Shown here: positions 1 to 9,586 of the stretch, piece after piece | Position numbering within the stretch: position 1 is the stretch's first letter | How the letters are laid out: the number at the start of each line of letters is the position of its first letter | NCBI GenBank assembly: GCA_965217865.1 | Contig: CBDCJO010000002.1 | Coordinates: forward strand, 5,184,001-5,248,000 | DNA length: 64,000 nt | Reading direction: 5' to 3' | Origin: Candidatus Latescibacterota bacterium | GTDB taxonomy: Bacteria; Latescibacterota; UBA2968; SICM01 | Notes under the pieces: generated by a model | What the model was told of the DNA's origin: nothing | What the model saw: the letters and a program-made list of their open reading frames with translations, nothing else | Databases searched by the model: none | Made by a program: the position numbers and the translations under genes

Positions 1-1809
1 AAGATCGATGGGTCCGCAATCTACAACGGTAGGGCCTATTCTCTTTTTTCCAACGAGTTCGCTGACGGCACCATCGATCCACACGGATACCGGTACCTCG
101 AAATGTTTCATCTGGAGGGGCTGATCCCGGTATGGACGTATGCGCTGGCCGATGCGCGCCTGGAAAAATACGTCTGGATGGCACACGGTCACAATACGAC
201 CTATATCGTGTATTCCCTGAATCGAGCATCAAATCCGCTCTCTCTGCGGCTGACCCCCCTGTGTACGTACCGCGACTATCACAGCCACACGCACGGGAGT
301 TGGCCTTTAGGCGTATCGTCTGTCGCCGGAGGGTTTGAAATCAAGGCCTTCGACAACGCCCAGCCCTACCGGATCCTGGCCGGTCCGGGTGATTTTAGCC
401 CCGATGAAGCCTGGCACTGGAATTTCAAACATCGGACCGAGAGCGCACGCGGACTTGACGACACAGAGGACCTGTTCGCACCAGGCCTTTTTTATGCAAC
501 CCTCCATCCAGGTGAGACACTCACCCTTATCTGTTCGACCGAGCGGATCGAGCCCCATACTGGAAACGAACCCCTCCGGCAGGAGCGGGAACGTCAGGCA
601 GCTCTTTTACGGGATTTATCGCCAGATGATCCGGGATGGATCAATCAGCTGACACTGGCGGCGGACCAATTTATCGTGCAGCGGGAGGCCGGGAGAGATG
701 TGAAACAAAGGGGCGCGACCGTCATCGCCGGCTATCCCTGGTTTGGAGACTGGGGACGGGATACCATGATCGCCTTGCCTGGCTTGACCCTCGCGACGAA
801 ACGACCCGAGGTCGGTGCCAGCATCCTGCGAACTTTTTCTGAACACGTCACCCGTGGGATGTTACCCAACCGCTTCCCTGATGTTGGTGAGGCCCCGGAT
901 TACAATACGGTTGATGCCACGCTCTGGTACTTCCACGCGATCCATAGGCACTTGCTCCACACCGATGACATAACTCTGGCTGAAGAACTCTACCCGACTC
1001 TGGTGGACATCATCGACTGGCACGAACGGGGCACCCGTTTTGACATTCACGTGGATCCTGAGGATGGCCTGCTGTTTGCCGGTGAGGAAGGAACTCAACT
1101 GACGTGGATGGATGCCAAAGTGGACGACTGGGTGGTCACCCCCCGAATCGGCAAGCCGGTCGAGATCAATGCTCTATGGCACAATGCCCTGAGGGTGACT
1201 GCAGATCTTTCGAAGCGGCTGAACAAAGCGGAAGCTGCGGATCGCTACCACGAACAGGCGGACCGGGTTGCCGCCAGCTTTAAAAAGGCCTTCTGGTTCG
1301 AGGCGGGCGGGTATCTATATGACGTGATCGACGGTCCGGATGGAGACACTGTTGAAACGGGGAAGCGGTGCGACCGGAGCCTGCGACCGAACCAGATTTT
1401 CGCAGTCTCTCTGCCTTTCGCCTTGCTGGACGACGATCAGGCAAGGGCCGTGGTCGATGCCTGCGACCGTCATCTGCTGACTTCTCACGGTTTACGCAGC
1501 CTGGCGGATGGAGACCCGGCATACGTCGGGCACTACGGTGGTGATCCGCTCCAACGCGATGGGGCATACCATCGAGGGACGGTCTGGGCCTGGCTGCTCG
1601 GACCGTTCATCGCCGCCCACTATCGGGTTTACGGCGATGTTGCGGTTGCCCGGTCTTTCTTGAGGGGCCTTGAACACCAGCTGGGGGACGCCTGCCTGGG
1701 CTCGATCAGCGAAATCTTTGACGGGGATCCCCCAAACACGCCGGAGGGATGTTTTGCCCAGGCCTGGAGTGTGTCGGAAGTGCTGAGCGTATGGCGGGAG
1801 CTGACCTGA
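1..1809 (+). CDS. Glycogen debranching enzyme / amylo-alpha-1,6-glucosidase (5' end outside window)
   Basis: Frame open from base 1; motifs IAGYPWFGDWGRDTMI, TWMDAK, RPNQ, AYHRGTVW, AQAWS. Confidence 0.93.
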   Translation, partial: KIDGSAIYNGRAYSLFSNEFADGTIDPHGYRYLEMFHLEGLIPVWTYALADARLEKYVWMAHGHNTTYIVYSLNRASNPLSLRLTPLCTYRDYHSHTHGSWPLGVSSVAGGFEIKAFDNAQPYRILAGPGDFSPDEAWHWNFKHRTESARGLDDTEDLFAPGLFYATLHPGETLTLICSTERIEPHTGNEPLRQERERQAALLRDLSPDDPGWINQLTLAADQFIVQREAGRDVKQRGATVIAGYPWFGDWGRDTMIALPGLTLATKRPEVGASILRTFSEHVTRGMLPNRFPDVGEAPDYNTVDATLWYFHAIHRHLLHTDDITLAEELYPTLVDIIDWHERGTRFDIHVDPEDGLLFAGEEGTQLTWMDAKVDDWVVTPRIGKPVEINALWHNALRVTADLSKRLNKAEAADRYHEQADRVAASFKKAFWFEAGGYLYDVIDGPDGDTVETGKRCDRSLRPNQIFAVSLPFALLDDDQARAVVDACDRHLLTSHGLRSLADGDPAYVGHYGGDPLQRDGAYHRGTVWAWLLGPFIAAHYRVYGDVAVARSFLRGLEHQLGDACLGSISEIFDGDPPNTPEGCFAQAWSVSEVLSVWRELT

Positions 1810-1957
1810 GGTTTACATGGAAGGTGTCACGCGGGAAGAGTTGAAAGTCATGGATTGTGATGAAATATACTGGACAAAAACGTCCTATCACGCCTTTTCG
1901 CACAAGTCGAACGGGTAAAAGCCACCCTGTCTGACCGGGTGCCGAAGGGAGATTTCA

Positions 1958-2970
1958 ATGCAAACAATAGAGCGATATGATGCGATCATCATCGGCACGG
2001 GACAATCCGGACCTTCCCTGGCAGCGGACCTGGCCGACGCAGGAAAACGGGTGGCGATTATCGAGCGGGGGCGGTTCGGGGGCACCTGCGTGAATACCGG
2101 CAGCACCTGATCATCATCGGCGGGAGCTATATCGGGTTGGAGTTCGCTCAAATGTATCGGCGATTTGGCAGCGAGGTGACAGTCGTCGACAGGAATTCAC
2201 ACTTGATCGCAAGGGATGATGAAGACATTTCCGATGCGGTCCGCGACATCGTGGAAAACGAGGGGATCAACATCCGGCTAGAGGCTGAATGCATTACGGG
2301 GGAGAATCGGGGAGATCAGGTCCTGGTCAAACTCGATTGCGAGCGTGGGGACAGGGCGGTGGCCGGATCGCATCTCCTGCTTGCGGTTGGGAGGACGCCC
2401 AATACGCAAGACCTGGGGTTGGAAAAGGCGGGGATCGAAGTCGACGAGCGCGGTTACATTGTCGTGGATGACCAGCTCCGCACCAGCGTGCCCGGGGTCT
2501 GGGCGTTGGGCGACTGCAACGGGAAGGGGGCTTTTACCCACACTTCATACAACGATTACGAGATCGTTGCCGCCAATCTGCTCGAGGAAGATCCGCGCCG
2601 TGTGAGCGACCGTATCCTCGCCTATGCCCTGTACATCGACCCGCCGTTGGGACGCGTCGGGATGACGGAAGCCGAGGTCCGTAAGTCCGGGCGCAAAGCC
2701 CTGATCGGGAAAAGGCCGATGACGAAGGTGGCCCGGGCGGTGGAGAAGGGAGAAACACAGGGTTTTATGAAAATCCTGATAGATGCCGAGACCAAGGAGA
2801 TTCTGGGTGCGGCGATACTGGGAATCGGGGGGGACGAGATCATCCATTCGATCCTCGATATCATGTATGCCAGGGCACCATACACGGTGATCCAGCGAGC
2901 CATGCACATCCACCCTACGGTGTCAGAACTGATCCCGACTATGCTGGGCGAGCTCAAACCCCTGGAATAA
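1958..2970 (+). pseudogene. FAD-dependent pyridine nucleotide-disulfide oxidoreductase (mercuric reductase/RclA-like) with internal deletion and frameshift
   Basis: 1958-2100 encodes MQTIERYDAIIIGTGQSG...GGTCVNTG, then joins out of frame at about 2100 to QHLIIIGGSYIGLEFAQM; C-terminal HIHPTVSE intact; second redox Cys region absent. Confidence 0.85.
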
Positions 2971-3038
2971 CGCACATCGGGTCCGGAAAACGTGCAACTT
3001 TCAGGATTTCAAAGCGTTTATACTTCAAATCACTCTTG

Positions 3039-3080
3039 TTGTGAACGATCGCGCAAATGTTGTGCTGAAAATCACACAAC
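3039..3080. promoter_or_regulatory. Candidate transcription-factor operators upstream of selenoprotein cluster
   Basis: TTGTGAA-CGAT-CGCGCAA (3039-3056) and inverted repeat GTTGTG-N10-CACAAC (3059-3080) in an AT-rich intergenic region. Confidence 0.35.
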
Positions 3081-3315
3081 CATATAAGTGATTGTTAACA
3101 AAAAAATAACGAATTTAAAGATCTTAAAATTGTGTGATTTAAAACTTTAGGAGAAGATCCACGACTCAGGATGGTCTGGCTTTTCCTTTATGGTTTTTCG
3201 TATAAATAGTATAGTTTTCAAATAGATGAACTCCACCTACTCCTTCTTCTGACGAAATGTCGGAATCCGGCATAGTTTTTCCATTCTGTATTCACTTTCC
3301 AATTATCTCGGGAAG

Positions 3316-4485
3316 GTGGTGTTCGTCAACTTCATCGGGTGGAGTTGACCGCATTGCATCACGGACGGTCCGCCCGTGGAAAAGAACATCTGGCAGAGAT
3401 TTAAGGATGAGGAGTTCCAGGCCCTGGGCGTCGAGATATGGGATGGGGGGGCCGCAGATGTGAATAGATTTTTCGTTGGGCTTACGAAAACAACTTACCC
3501 CGTCCTGTTAAAGGGAGGCCGCGTTGGGGCCCAATATGGTGTGGATCGTGCCACTTACATGGTAATGGACCAGGAGGGCATCGTTCGTTACCGGTCGGAA
3601 GGGAGACTCGGGCAACGCTACGACGAAGAGACTCTGATTTCAGTTATTCAGATTCTGTTGACCCCGGCGAATACCCCCCCGCGTATCGTCAATCCAATAC
3701 CGGACCAGGGCGGGGTCGGGATCAATACCATCAGGATCGACCTGGAAGGTTTCGTAGAGGACACGGAGGAGGGTCCCGCCAATCTGAACTGGCACGCAGA
3801 TGGGTTCGATCCCGAACTGATCATTGTCGGAGGACAGATGTCTGCAGGTCCACTGAAGTTCACACCCAGGCAGGATGCGCTGGGTCGAAATTTCAACATC
3901 TTGTTGATCGTGACGGACAGCAAGGGGGCCACGGCGGAGCAAGAGATCGCGCTTCGTCGGCTTCCGGCCGTTTTGTCCATCTCATCGGAAAATTTGAACT
4001 TCGGAGATGTGTTTGTGGGTTCCTCCCAGACCCTGAAGTTGAAGGTGTCGAACGAAGCTGAATCCGACGGGGAGGACCTGACTGTCGATCTGGCTTCCGT
4101 CAGTCCGACCTTCAGCGTTCCGGGCTCATCGGTGACGGTTCCTGCGGGAGAGTCCCGGGAGATCTCGATCGTGTATCGGCCGACAGAGGCGATATCATCC
4201 TCCGGAGAGCTGACGTTTTTGACGAACGATCCGGACCGAGAGTCGTTTGGAGTGTCTTTAACGGGGGTGGGATTGACCCCTCTGGATCTCCAGGTGGCCG
4301 TCACGGATTCGGATTTCGACGGGGACGGAAGGATCGACTTCGACGATTTCTTTTTGTTCGCAGGGGCGTTCGGGGGAACGAATCCTCTGTTCGACCTGGA
4401 CAGAAGCGGTCGCGTGGACCTGGACGATTTGTTTATCTTCGCGACTGATTTCGGGAAGATGGCAAAACCAGACGATGGACGATAA
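3316..4485 (+). CDS. Probable selenoprotein: UxxC redoxin + Ig-like + ASH-like Ig + dockerin/EF-hand-like tail (5'-truncated paralog; start uncertain)
   Basis: In-frame YSLSNYLGKVVFVNFIGWS-TGA(3346-3348)-PHCITDGPPVEKNIW continues into ORF 3376-4485; homology to the paralog starts at 3289; upstream in-frame stop at 3250. Confidence 0.8.
3346..3378 (+). promoter_or_regulatory. Bacterial SECIS-like hairpin
   Basis: UGA + 11 nt + CACGGAC-GGUCC-GCCCGUG (one mismatch). Confidence 0.7.
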
Positions 4486-4564
4486 AACCCTTCCGCTCAT
4501 CCCCACCGGAATACAGAATACAGAAGACAGGAGTCAGAAGAAAACCTTAATTCAAATCAGTCGG

Positions 4565-4720
4565 CGAGACATGAGAGTTCAGACGTGAGACGTGAAACGG
4601 CAAAAGGCAGTAGCAGGTGGCAGTGGCAGGAATGGCAAAGGCAGGGGTCAGAAGTCGGAGGTCGGGGAAATCGTAGCTTCGACGGAGTTTATCCTGAGCT
4701 AGTCGAAGGGCTCAGGACGT
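4565..4720 (+). repeat. Purine-rich oligomer tract followed by CTTCGAC...GCTCAGGAC REP-like element
   Basis: GTGAGACGTGAAAC, GGCAGTAGCAGGTGGCAG and GGTCAGAAGTCGGAGG units recur across the window. Confidence 0.75.
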
Positions 4721-4844
4721 GGCTTTCCCAGAACGGGAAGGGGAAAATGGCCGTTAATTTAGCAAAATGTCAACCACAAGGTCGGAGGAAATCGAAGATC
4801 GACTTTAGACCAGAACGAGTACCGATAAGGGAAAACGGTTCGGT

Positions 4845-6182
4845 ATGAAAAGGGTCATTTGGTTATTCATAGGGCTGGTCTTCTGGTCTGCAGGACCGAA
4901 CGCACCTGCCGTCTCCGCGGTGAGGGTTGGGGAAAACGCTCCGGATTTCACGTTGAAGGGGTTGGATAACAGGAATTATTCCCTGTCCGACTACCGTGGA
5001 AAGGTGGTGTTCGTCAACTTCTTCGGGTGGAACTGACCGCATTGTATAACGGACGGTCCGTCCGTTGAGAATAAAATCTGGCAGCGGTTTAAGGATCAGG
5101 AGTTTCAAGCCATCGGCGTTGATGTGTGGGACGGAAATCCGGATGGCGTAACGAAATTTTTCGTCGGGTTGACCAAGTCGACCTATCCGGTTCTAACCAA
5201 AGGCGGCCGGGTGGGGAGCCAGTACAGATTGGGCAACAATCACTTCATCGTTATCGATCAGGGGGGAGTTGTCCGATGGGTGTCGTCGGGAAGTCTTGGC
5301 AGTCGCTTCAATGAGAATGCCATCGTCTCCACCATCCAGTCTTTGCTTCCTCCTCCGAATACCCCACCAACCATCACCTCGTCGATTCCCGACCAGTCCG
5401 GTTCCGGGACAGAACCCATCGAGATCGACCTGGCTTCATTCGTTTCAGACGAAGAGGACGGCCCTCAAGATCTAATGTGGCGCGCCGAGGGATTCGATCC
5501 GGAGTTGATCGGGGTCACGGAAAATGGAACCGAAGGAGGGATGCTGAGTTTCACACCCAAGCCTGAGGTGCTGGGCCAGGATATTTCGGTTCTGTTGATC
5601 GTATCGGATACTCAGGGGGGTACCGCGGAGCAGTCGATCATCCTTCGGTGGACATTCCTGCCCGCGGTCCTGTCGGTCTCGATGGAGGATCTTAACTTCG
5701 GGAGCGTTTACGTCGGTTCCTCTCGGACTCTAAATTTGATCGTATCGAATGGAGCAGGTCCGGGTGGGGAGGACCTGGAAATTAGACCCTCCTCCGAGAG
5801 TTCGTCCTTCAGTATCGGGGACTCGTCCGTCTCGGTTCCGGCCGGAGAATCCCGGGAGATCTCAATCGTGTACCGGCCGATTGACGAGGTCATGTCTACC
5901 CACGAATTGACGTTCTTGACGAACGATCCCGAACACGAAGTGTTCGGGGTGTCCTTAACGGGATCGGGTCTGCCCCCGCTGGACATCCAGGTTGCTGTTT
6001 CGGATACTGATTTCGATGGGGACGGGAGGATCGATTTCGACGATTTCTTTATGTTCGCGGCGGCCTTCGGAGGAACGGATCCGGTTTTTGATCTGAATAA
6101 GAGCGGCCGTGTGGACTTCGACGATTTTTTTATCTTTGCGACTGACTTTGGAAAAATTGCGAAACCAGACGATGGACCATGA
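4845..6182 (+). CDS. Probable exported selenoprotein (445 aa, Sec64): signal peptide + AhpC/TSA redoxin (UPHC) + Ig-like + ASH-like Ig + dockerin/EF-hand-like tail
   Basis: ORFs 4845-5036 and 5124-6182 share a frame, separated only by TGA 5034-5036: APDFTLKGLDNRNYSLSDYRGKVVFVNFFGWN-U-PHC; tail DFDGDGRIDFDDFF...DLNKSGRVDFDDFF. Confidence 0.9.
5034..5066 (+). promoter_or_regulatory. Bacterial SECIS-like hairpin
   Basis: UGA + 11 nt + perfect stem AACGGAC-GGUCC-GUCCGUU. Confidence 0.8.
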
Positions 6183-6350
6183 AAGGCTGTCAAACGTGAG
6201 ACGTGAAACGGTAAAAGGCAGTAGCAGTAGCATGTGGCAGCAACATTCATTTGCCGGGAGAAGTAAAGTGATTTATATTATCGATAACCTCCTTCCCGTT
6301 CCTCATACCCTTGGGATTTCAAAATAGCCGGGTATCAGGAGGGCCGTCAA

Positions 6351-7259
6351 ATGCGGACAATGTTGATCGCTATTTCGACGATTCTGATCGGGTTCTCGGT
6401 TGCACAAGCATCCCCGTGGACATTGCCCAGGGGGGAGTTTTACGCACGGGGAACCGCCCTGGGTTCCCGATCCCGATGGCAGTTCAATAACGACTCGAAC
6501 AGGGTGAAGTTTCTGAATAATGGGCTCAGTCGAATGGTCGGGACTGCCGTCGACGGATCCTTCGGACTTCGTGATGACCTGATGGTCTCGATCGGAGTTC
6601 CCGTCATATTCTACGGTCTCCGGGATGATGATATCCAGGAGGAGGGTTTGAGCTTGGGGGATATCCGAATTTCAAGCCGATATCGTTTGTTTTCCAAAGG
6701 CCTGGTCGTGTCCCTGGAGGCGGGGGTGAAATTTCCCTCGGCCACACAGGTGGATCCTGCACGGGTACAGGTTGGTGAGGGGCAATACGACTTCGACGGC
6801 CTCGTTTCCTTCGGGTTTCTCTGGCCTTCAAAGGAAGGGTATTCAAGTATTGATGCGGGATATCGCATCCGCCGGAGGAGTGAGAAGACTGCGTTTAAAC
6901 CGGGAAATGAATTTATCTACCGGTTCGAAAGCGGATATCAGGCTGGCGACCGGGTTTCAATGCGGTTGAGCCTGGACGGATTCAAGAGTGAGATGGGGAA
7001 TACGGAGGTGTTCGGTGTTGCCGTTCCTACCCGCTTCTCAAATCGAAATCTCCTGGCGGTTGTGCCCGGCATCACACTGGCTGTAAAGGATAAACTTGGC
7101 CTGGATATGAACATCAACATCCCGGTTCTGGGACGGAACTATTATGCCGGAAGTCAGTTTTTTATCGGCCTTTCGTATAACAGCCTCGGGGTCCGGGCGT
7201 CGCTCAATCAATCTACCATCTCCGCTCCCCAGGGAGGATCGTGCTGCAGGATCCAGTAA
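6351..7259 (+). CDS. Outer-membrane beta-barrel protein (MetA-pathway/transporter-like) with C-terminal GGSCCRIQ tail
   Basis: Signal peptide (AQA cleavage), SLGDIRI motif, alternating amphipathic beta strands, SD GGAGG. Confidence 0.7.
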   Translation: MRTMLIAISTILIGFSVAQASPWTLPRGEFYARGTALGSRSRWQFNNDSNRVKFLNNGLSRMVGTAVDGSFGLRDDLMVSIGVPVIFYGLRDDDIQEEGLSLGDIRISSRYRLFSKGLVVSLEAGVKFPSATQVDPARVQVGEGQYDFDGLVSFGFLWPSKEGYSSIDAGYRIRRRSEKTAFKPGNEFIYRFESGYQAGDRVSMRLSLDGFKSEMGNTEVFGVAVPTRFSNRNLLAVVPGITLAVKDKLGLDMNINIPVLGRNYYAGSQFFIGLSYNSLGVRASLNQSTISAPQGGSCCRIQ

Positions 7260-7315
7260 TCGGAAGGATTCCGGAGAAAATTTGTAGAAGGCAATTCATC
7301 AGATCGGAGGTTATT

Positions 7316-7843
7316 GTGAAGTTTCCAAAGGTGATGGTGATTCTTCTTTTAATCGGGATGTTCTCCGTGCTTGGGGCACCTGTCTGGGCAAAGCCGTCGG
7401 TCTCCCGGGGGGATACGCTCACGGATTTCTCACTGAAGAGCATCGACGGCAAGGCCTTCCGACTGAGTGAAACCTATGGCAATAAAAAGGGACTCATCCT
7501 GACGGTGGGTGCGAGCTGGTGAGGGACCTGCCGGGCGGAGGTCTCCATCCTGAAAGATGTTTATAAGAGTTATACTCCAAAGAATATCGAGATGCTGTAT
7601 ATCAGCGTGGAGAGCAGGGAAAAAGCATCCGCTTACGCGAAGAAGAAAGAACTTCCCTATACCGTGCTTGTTGACGAGAATGCGGCGGTTGCGAAGAAAC
7701 TGGGTGTCTCGGCCATCCCCGCCCATTTCATACTCGATGCAGAGGGAAAGGTCCTCTTCAGCAATGTCGGAAAGCTCAAGAACCACGAAAAGTTGCTGAA
7801 CGAGCTGGTGGCGGAATTAGAAGCCGATAAGGAAAAGGGCTAA
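7316..7843 (+). CDS. Probable exported TlpA/ResA-like selenoprotein (175 aa, Sec69, W-U-G-T-C)
   Basis: SD GGAGG + GTG 7316; signal peptide; DFSLKSIDGK; GASW-TGA(7520-7522)-GTCRAEV in frame with ORF 7592-7843; cis-Pro motif AIP..FILDAEG. Confidence 0.9.
7520..7552 (+). promoter_or_regulatory. SECIS-like hairpin
   Basis: GGGCGGA-GGUC-UCCAUCC (7533-7550), GGUC loop 18 nt after UGA; an alternative fold GGGACCU/AGGUCUC is also possible. Confidence 0.55.
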
Positions 7844-7867
7844 CCCGCATTCCTGCGTCTCCTTTCG

Positions 7868-7922
7868 AAAAAAAAGGGTTGTTGATCTCAGGCTGAACGG
7901 CCGGATGAACGCCCTTTTTTTT
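7868..7922 (+). terminator. Intrinsic (probably bidirectional) terminator closing selenoprotein cluster
   Basis: A-run-GGGT...GCCC-T8 imperfect hairpin. Confidence 0.65.
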
Positions 7923-8060
7923 GTGTGTGACGAAGGTCCGTTTTTACATAAGGTTTGAGTGAAAGGTGTTATATTCTGGTTAGCCGAAGCTCTTCAACTA
8001 TTCAGATATCGATGTCGTGGCCTTTGGCCCTTACAGATAAACTTGCAGGAGGACGCGAAA

Positions 8061-9353
8061 ATGTCCGGATGGAAGTACAATACGATCGTCTACCAGCGGG
8101 AAGGCTGGTTGACCGATTTTCCGAGGATGTCGGTGGATGAGAACGACAGGATCACGGTTTGGTTCAATTCCCGAAAGATTATGCCCGGGTGGAACATGCA
8201 CGCAACGGCTGGGCGAGAGTGCTTCTCGGTCCGTATGCGCTCTCTGGACAAGGGCCTCACCTGGGAGTTGGCGTCAAAAGAACCTCTGCCCGGCCCTGAC
8301 GATGGGGGCAGACCTCGAAAGGATCTCTCCATTGCAACGGCTCGACTCTCGGACGGCTCCCTTGTGTATCTACAGTCCAGGTGGATATTCACTTCCGAGT
8401 CTGAAGCGGAAGAGTTGAAGAAAACAACCCACGTCCTGGAAGGAGCTGGACCCGGACAGGTGGCATACATGTCAAGAGTACACTGCTACCGGTTAACCGA
8501 CGGGGGCAGGACGTGGGACGATCGAGAACTGACGGAGATCGAGCCTTTCTATGTACTATCGGCGTGGGGTGGTGCCACCGGTACAGGCTGGATTGTGCTG
8601 GACGACGGCACGGTGATGGGCACGATGGAGGGAAAGTCGTCTCGTGATCAGGAACGCTGGATGACGTACATCCTTTCTTCAGGCGACTTCGGGAAGACCT
8701 GGAAGGCGAGTCCGGTCCCTTATGATCCGGCCGACCCCAGAGAATATGTGGAGTGCAGTATGATTCGGCTGAAGAGCGGCCGGATCCTGCTCGCGGCACG
8801 GAACCACGTGAAAGGCGTGAAGATTCAGGTGGCGTGGTCGGACGATAATGGAAAGACGTGGAGGCCTTTCCGCGAGACGGAAATGCTGGGCTACCCACCC
8901 CATTTGCTGGAGCTGAGGGATGGGAGGGTGCTGTGCACGTACGGGCGGCGCTTTCGTCCGTTCGGAATTCGGGGGTGTCTCTCCCCAAACGGGGGGGAGA
9001 CCTGGGACGCCGATAACGAGATCGTGATCGAGGACAACGGACCGGAGACCTACCTCATGTCGGGCGGGGTCGGGTATCCAATGTCGGCGCAGCTTTCGGA
9101 TGGGACGATCGTTACCGTGTACTACGACACAAAACCTGCGGAGATCGAGGGAGAATACGTTGCCAAGGGATGGAGACCGCAACCCGGACATGACTATTCT
9201 TTCTGCGGTGTCCCGTACATCGGCCTTGCCCGTTTCACCGCGGAATATGTGCGTCCCATCGGTCCGGAACCTGGAGACCCCACGGCACTTCCGTCCACGA
9301 AGAAAGAGATCGCACCGGATCAGGCGAAGATCTATGCCGCCACGGATATGTGA
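8061..9353 (+). CDS. BNR/Asp-box sialidase-family protein
   Basis: Repeated SxDxGxTW Asp boxes; GYP motif; SD before ATG 8061. Confidence 0.85.
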   Translation: MSGWKYNTIVYQREGWLTDFPRMSVDENDRITVWFNSRKIMPGWNMHATAGRECFSVRMRSLDKGLTWELASKEPLPGPDDGGRPRKDLSIATARLSDGSLVYLQSRWIFTSESEAEELKKTTHVLEGAGPGQVAYMSRVHCYRLTDGGRTWDDRELTEIEPFYVLSAWGGATGTGWIVLDDGTVMGTMEGKSSRDQERWMTYILSSGDFGKTWKASPVPYDPADPREYVECSMIRLKSGRILLAARNHVKGVKIQVAWSDDNGKTWRPFRETEMLGYPPHLLELRDGRVLCTYGRRFRPFGIRGCLSPNGGETWDADNEIVIEDNGPETYLMSGGVGYPMSAQLSDGTIVTVYYDTKPAEIEGEYVAKGWRPQPGHDYSFCGVPYIGLARFTAEYVRPIGPEPGDPTALPSTKKEIAPDQAKIYAATDM

Positions 9354-9586
9354 TCGGCCAGGGTCAGGGGTCGGAGGCCGGAGGTCAGGGAAGGAAAAGC
9401 CGTGAAACGTGAGACGTAAACGGGAAAAGCAAAAGGCAGTAGAAGGTGGCAGTAGCAGGAGAGGCAAAGGCATGGGTCAAGAGAGGAAACAGGGTTTAGA
9501 GGTCGGGGGTCAGGGGTCAGGCAAAAGTTCAGTTGTGGCGGGATTCAGATTTGCCAGGCAATTAGCGTGCAAAGGAGGATGTGATT

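Noticed and set aside
2095-2110. TGA shortly after GGTCVNTG as possible Sec in the disulfide reductase
   Set aside because: The TGA is not at the Cys position, downstream homology is in another frame, and over 100 codons are missing; this is a deletion junction
3376-6182. DGR template/variable repeat pair
   Set aside because: Differences between the paralogs are not adenine-specific and no reverse transcriptase is present; ordinary tandem duplication
3346-7522. Genome-wide UGA reassignment (Trp/Gly)
   Set aside because: Many conserved genes end properly at TGA (purH, higA) and in-frame TGAs occur only at CxxC positions
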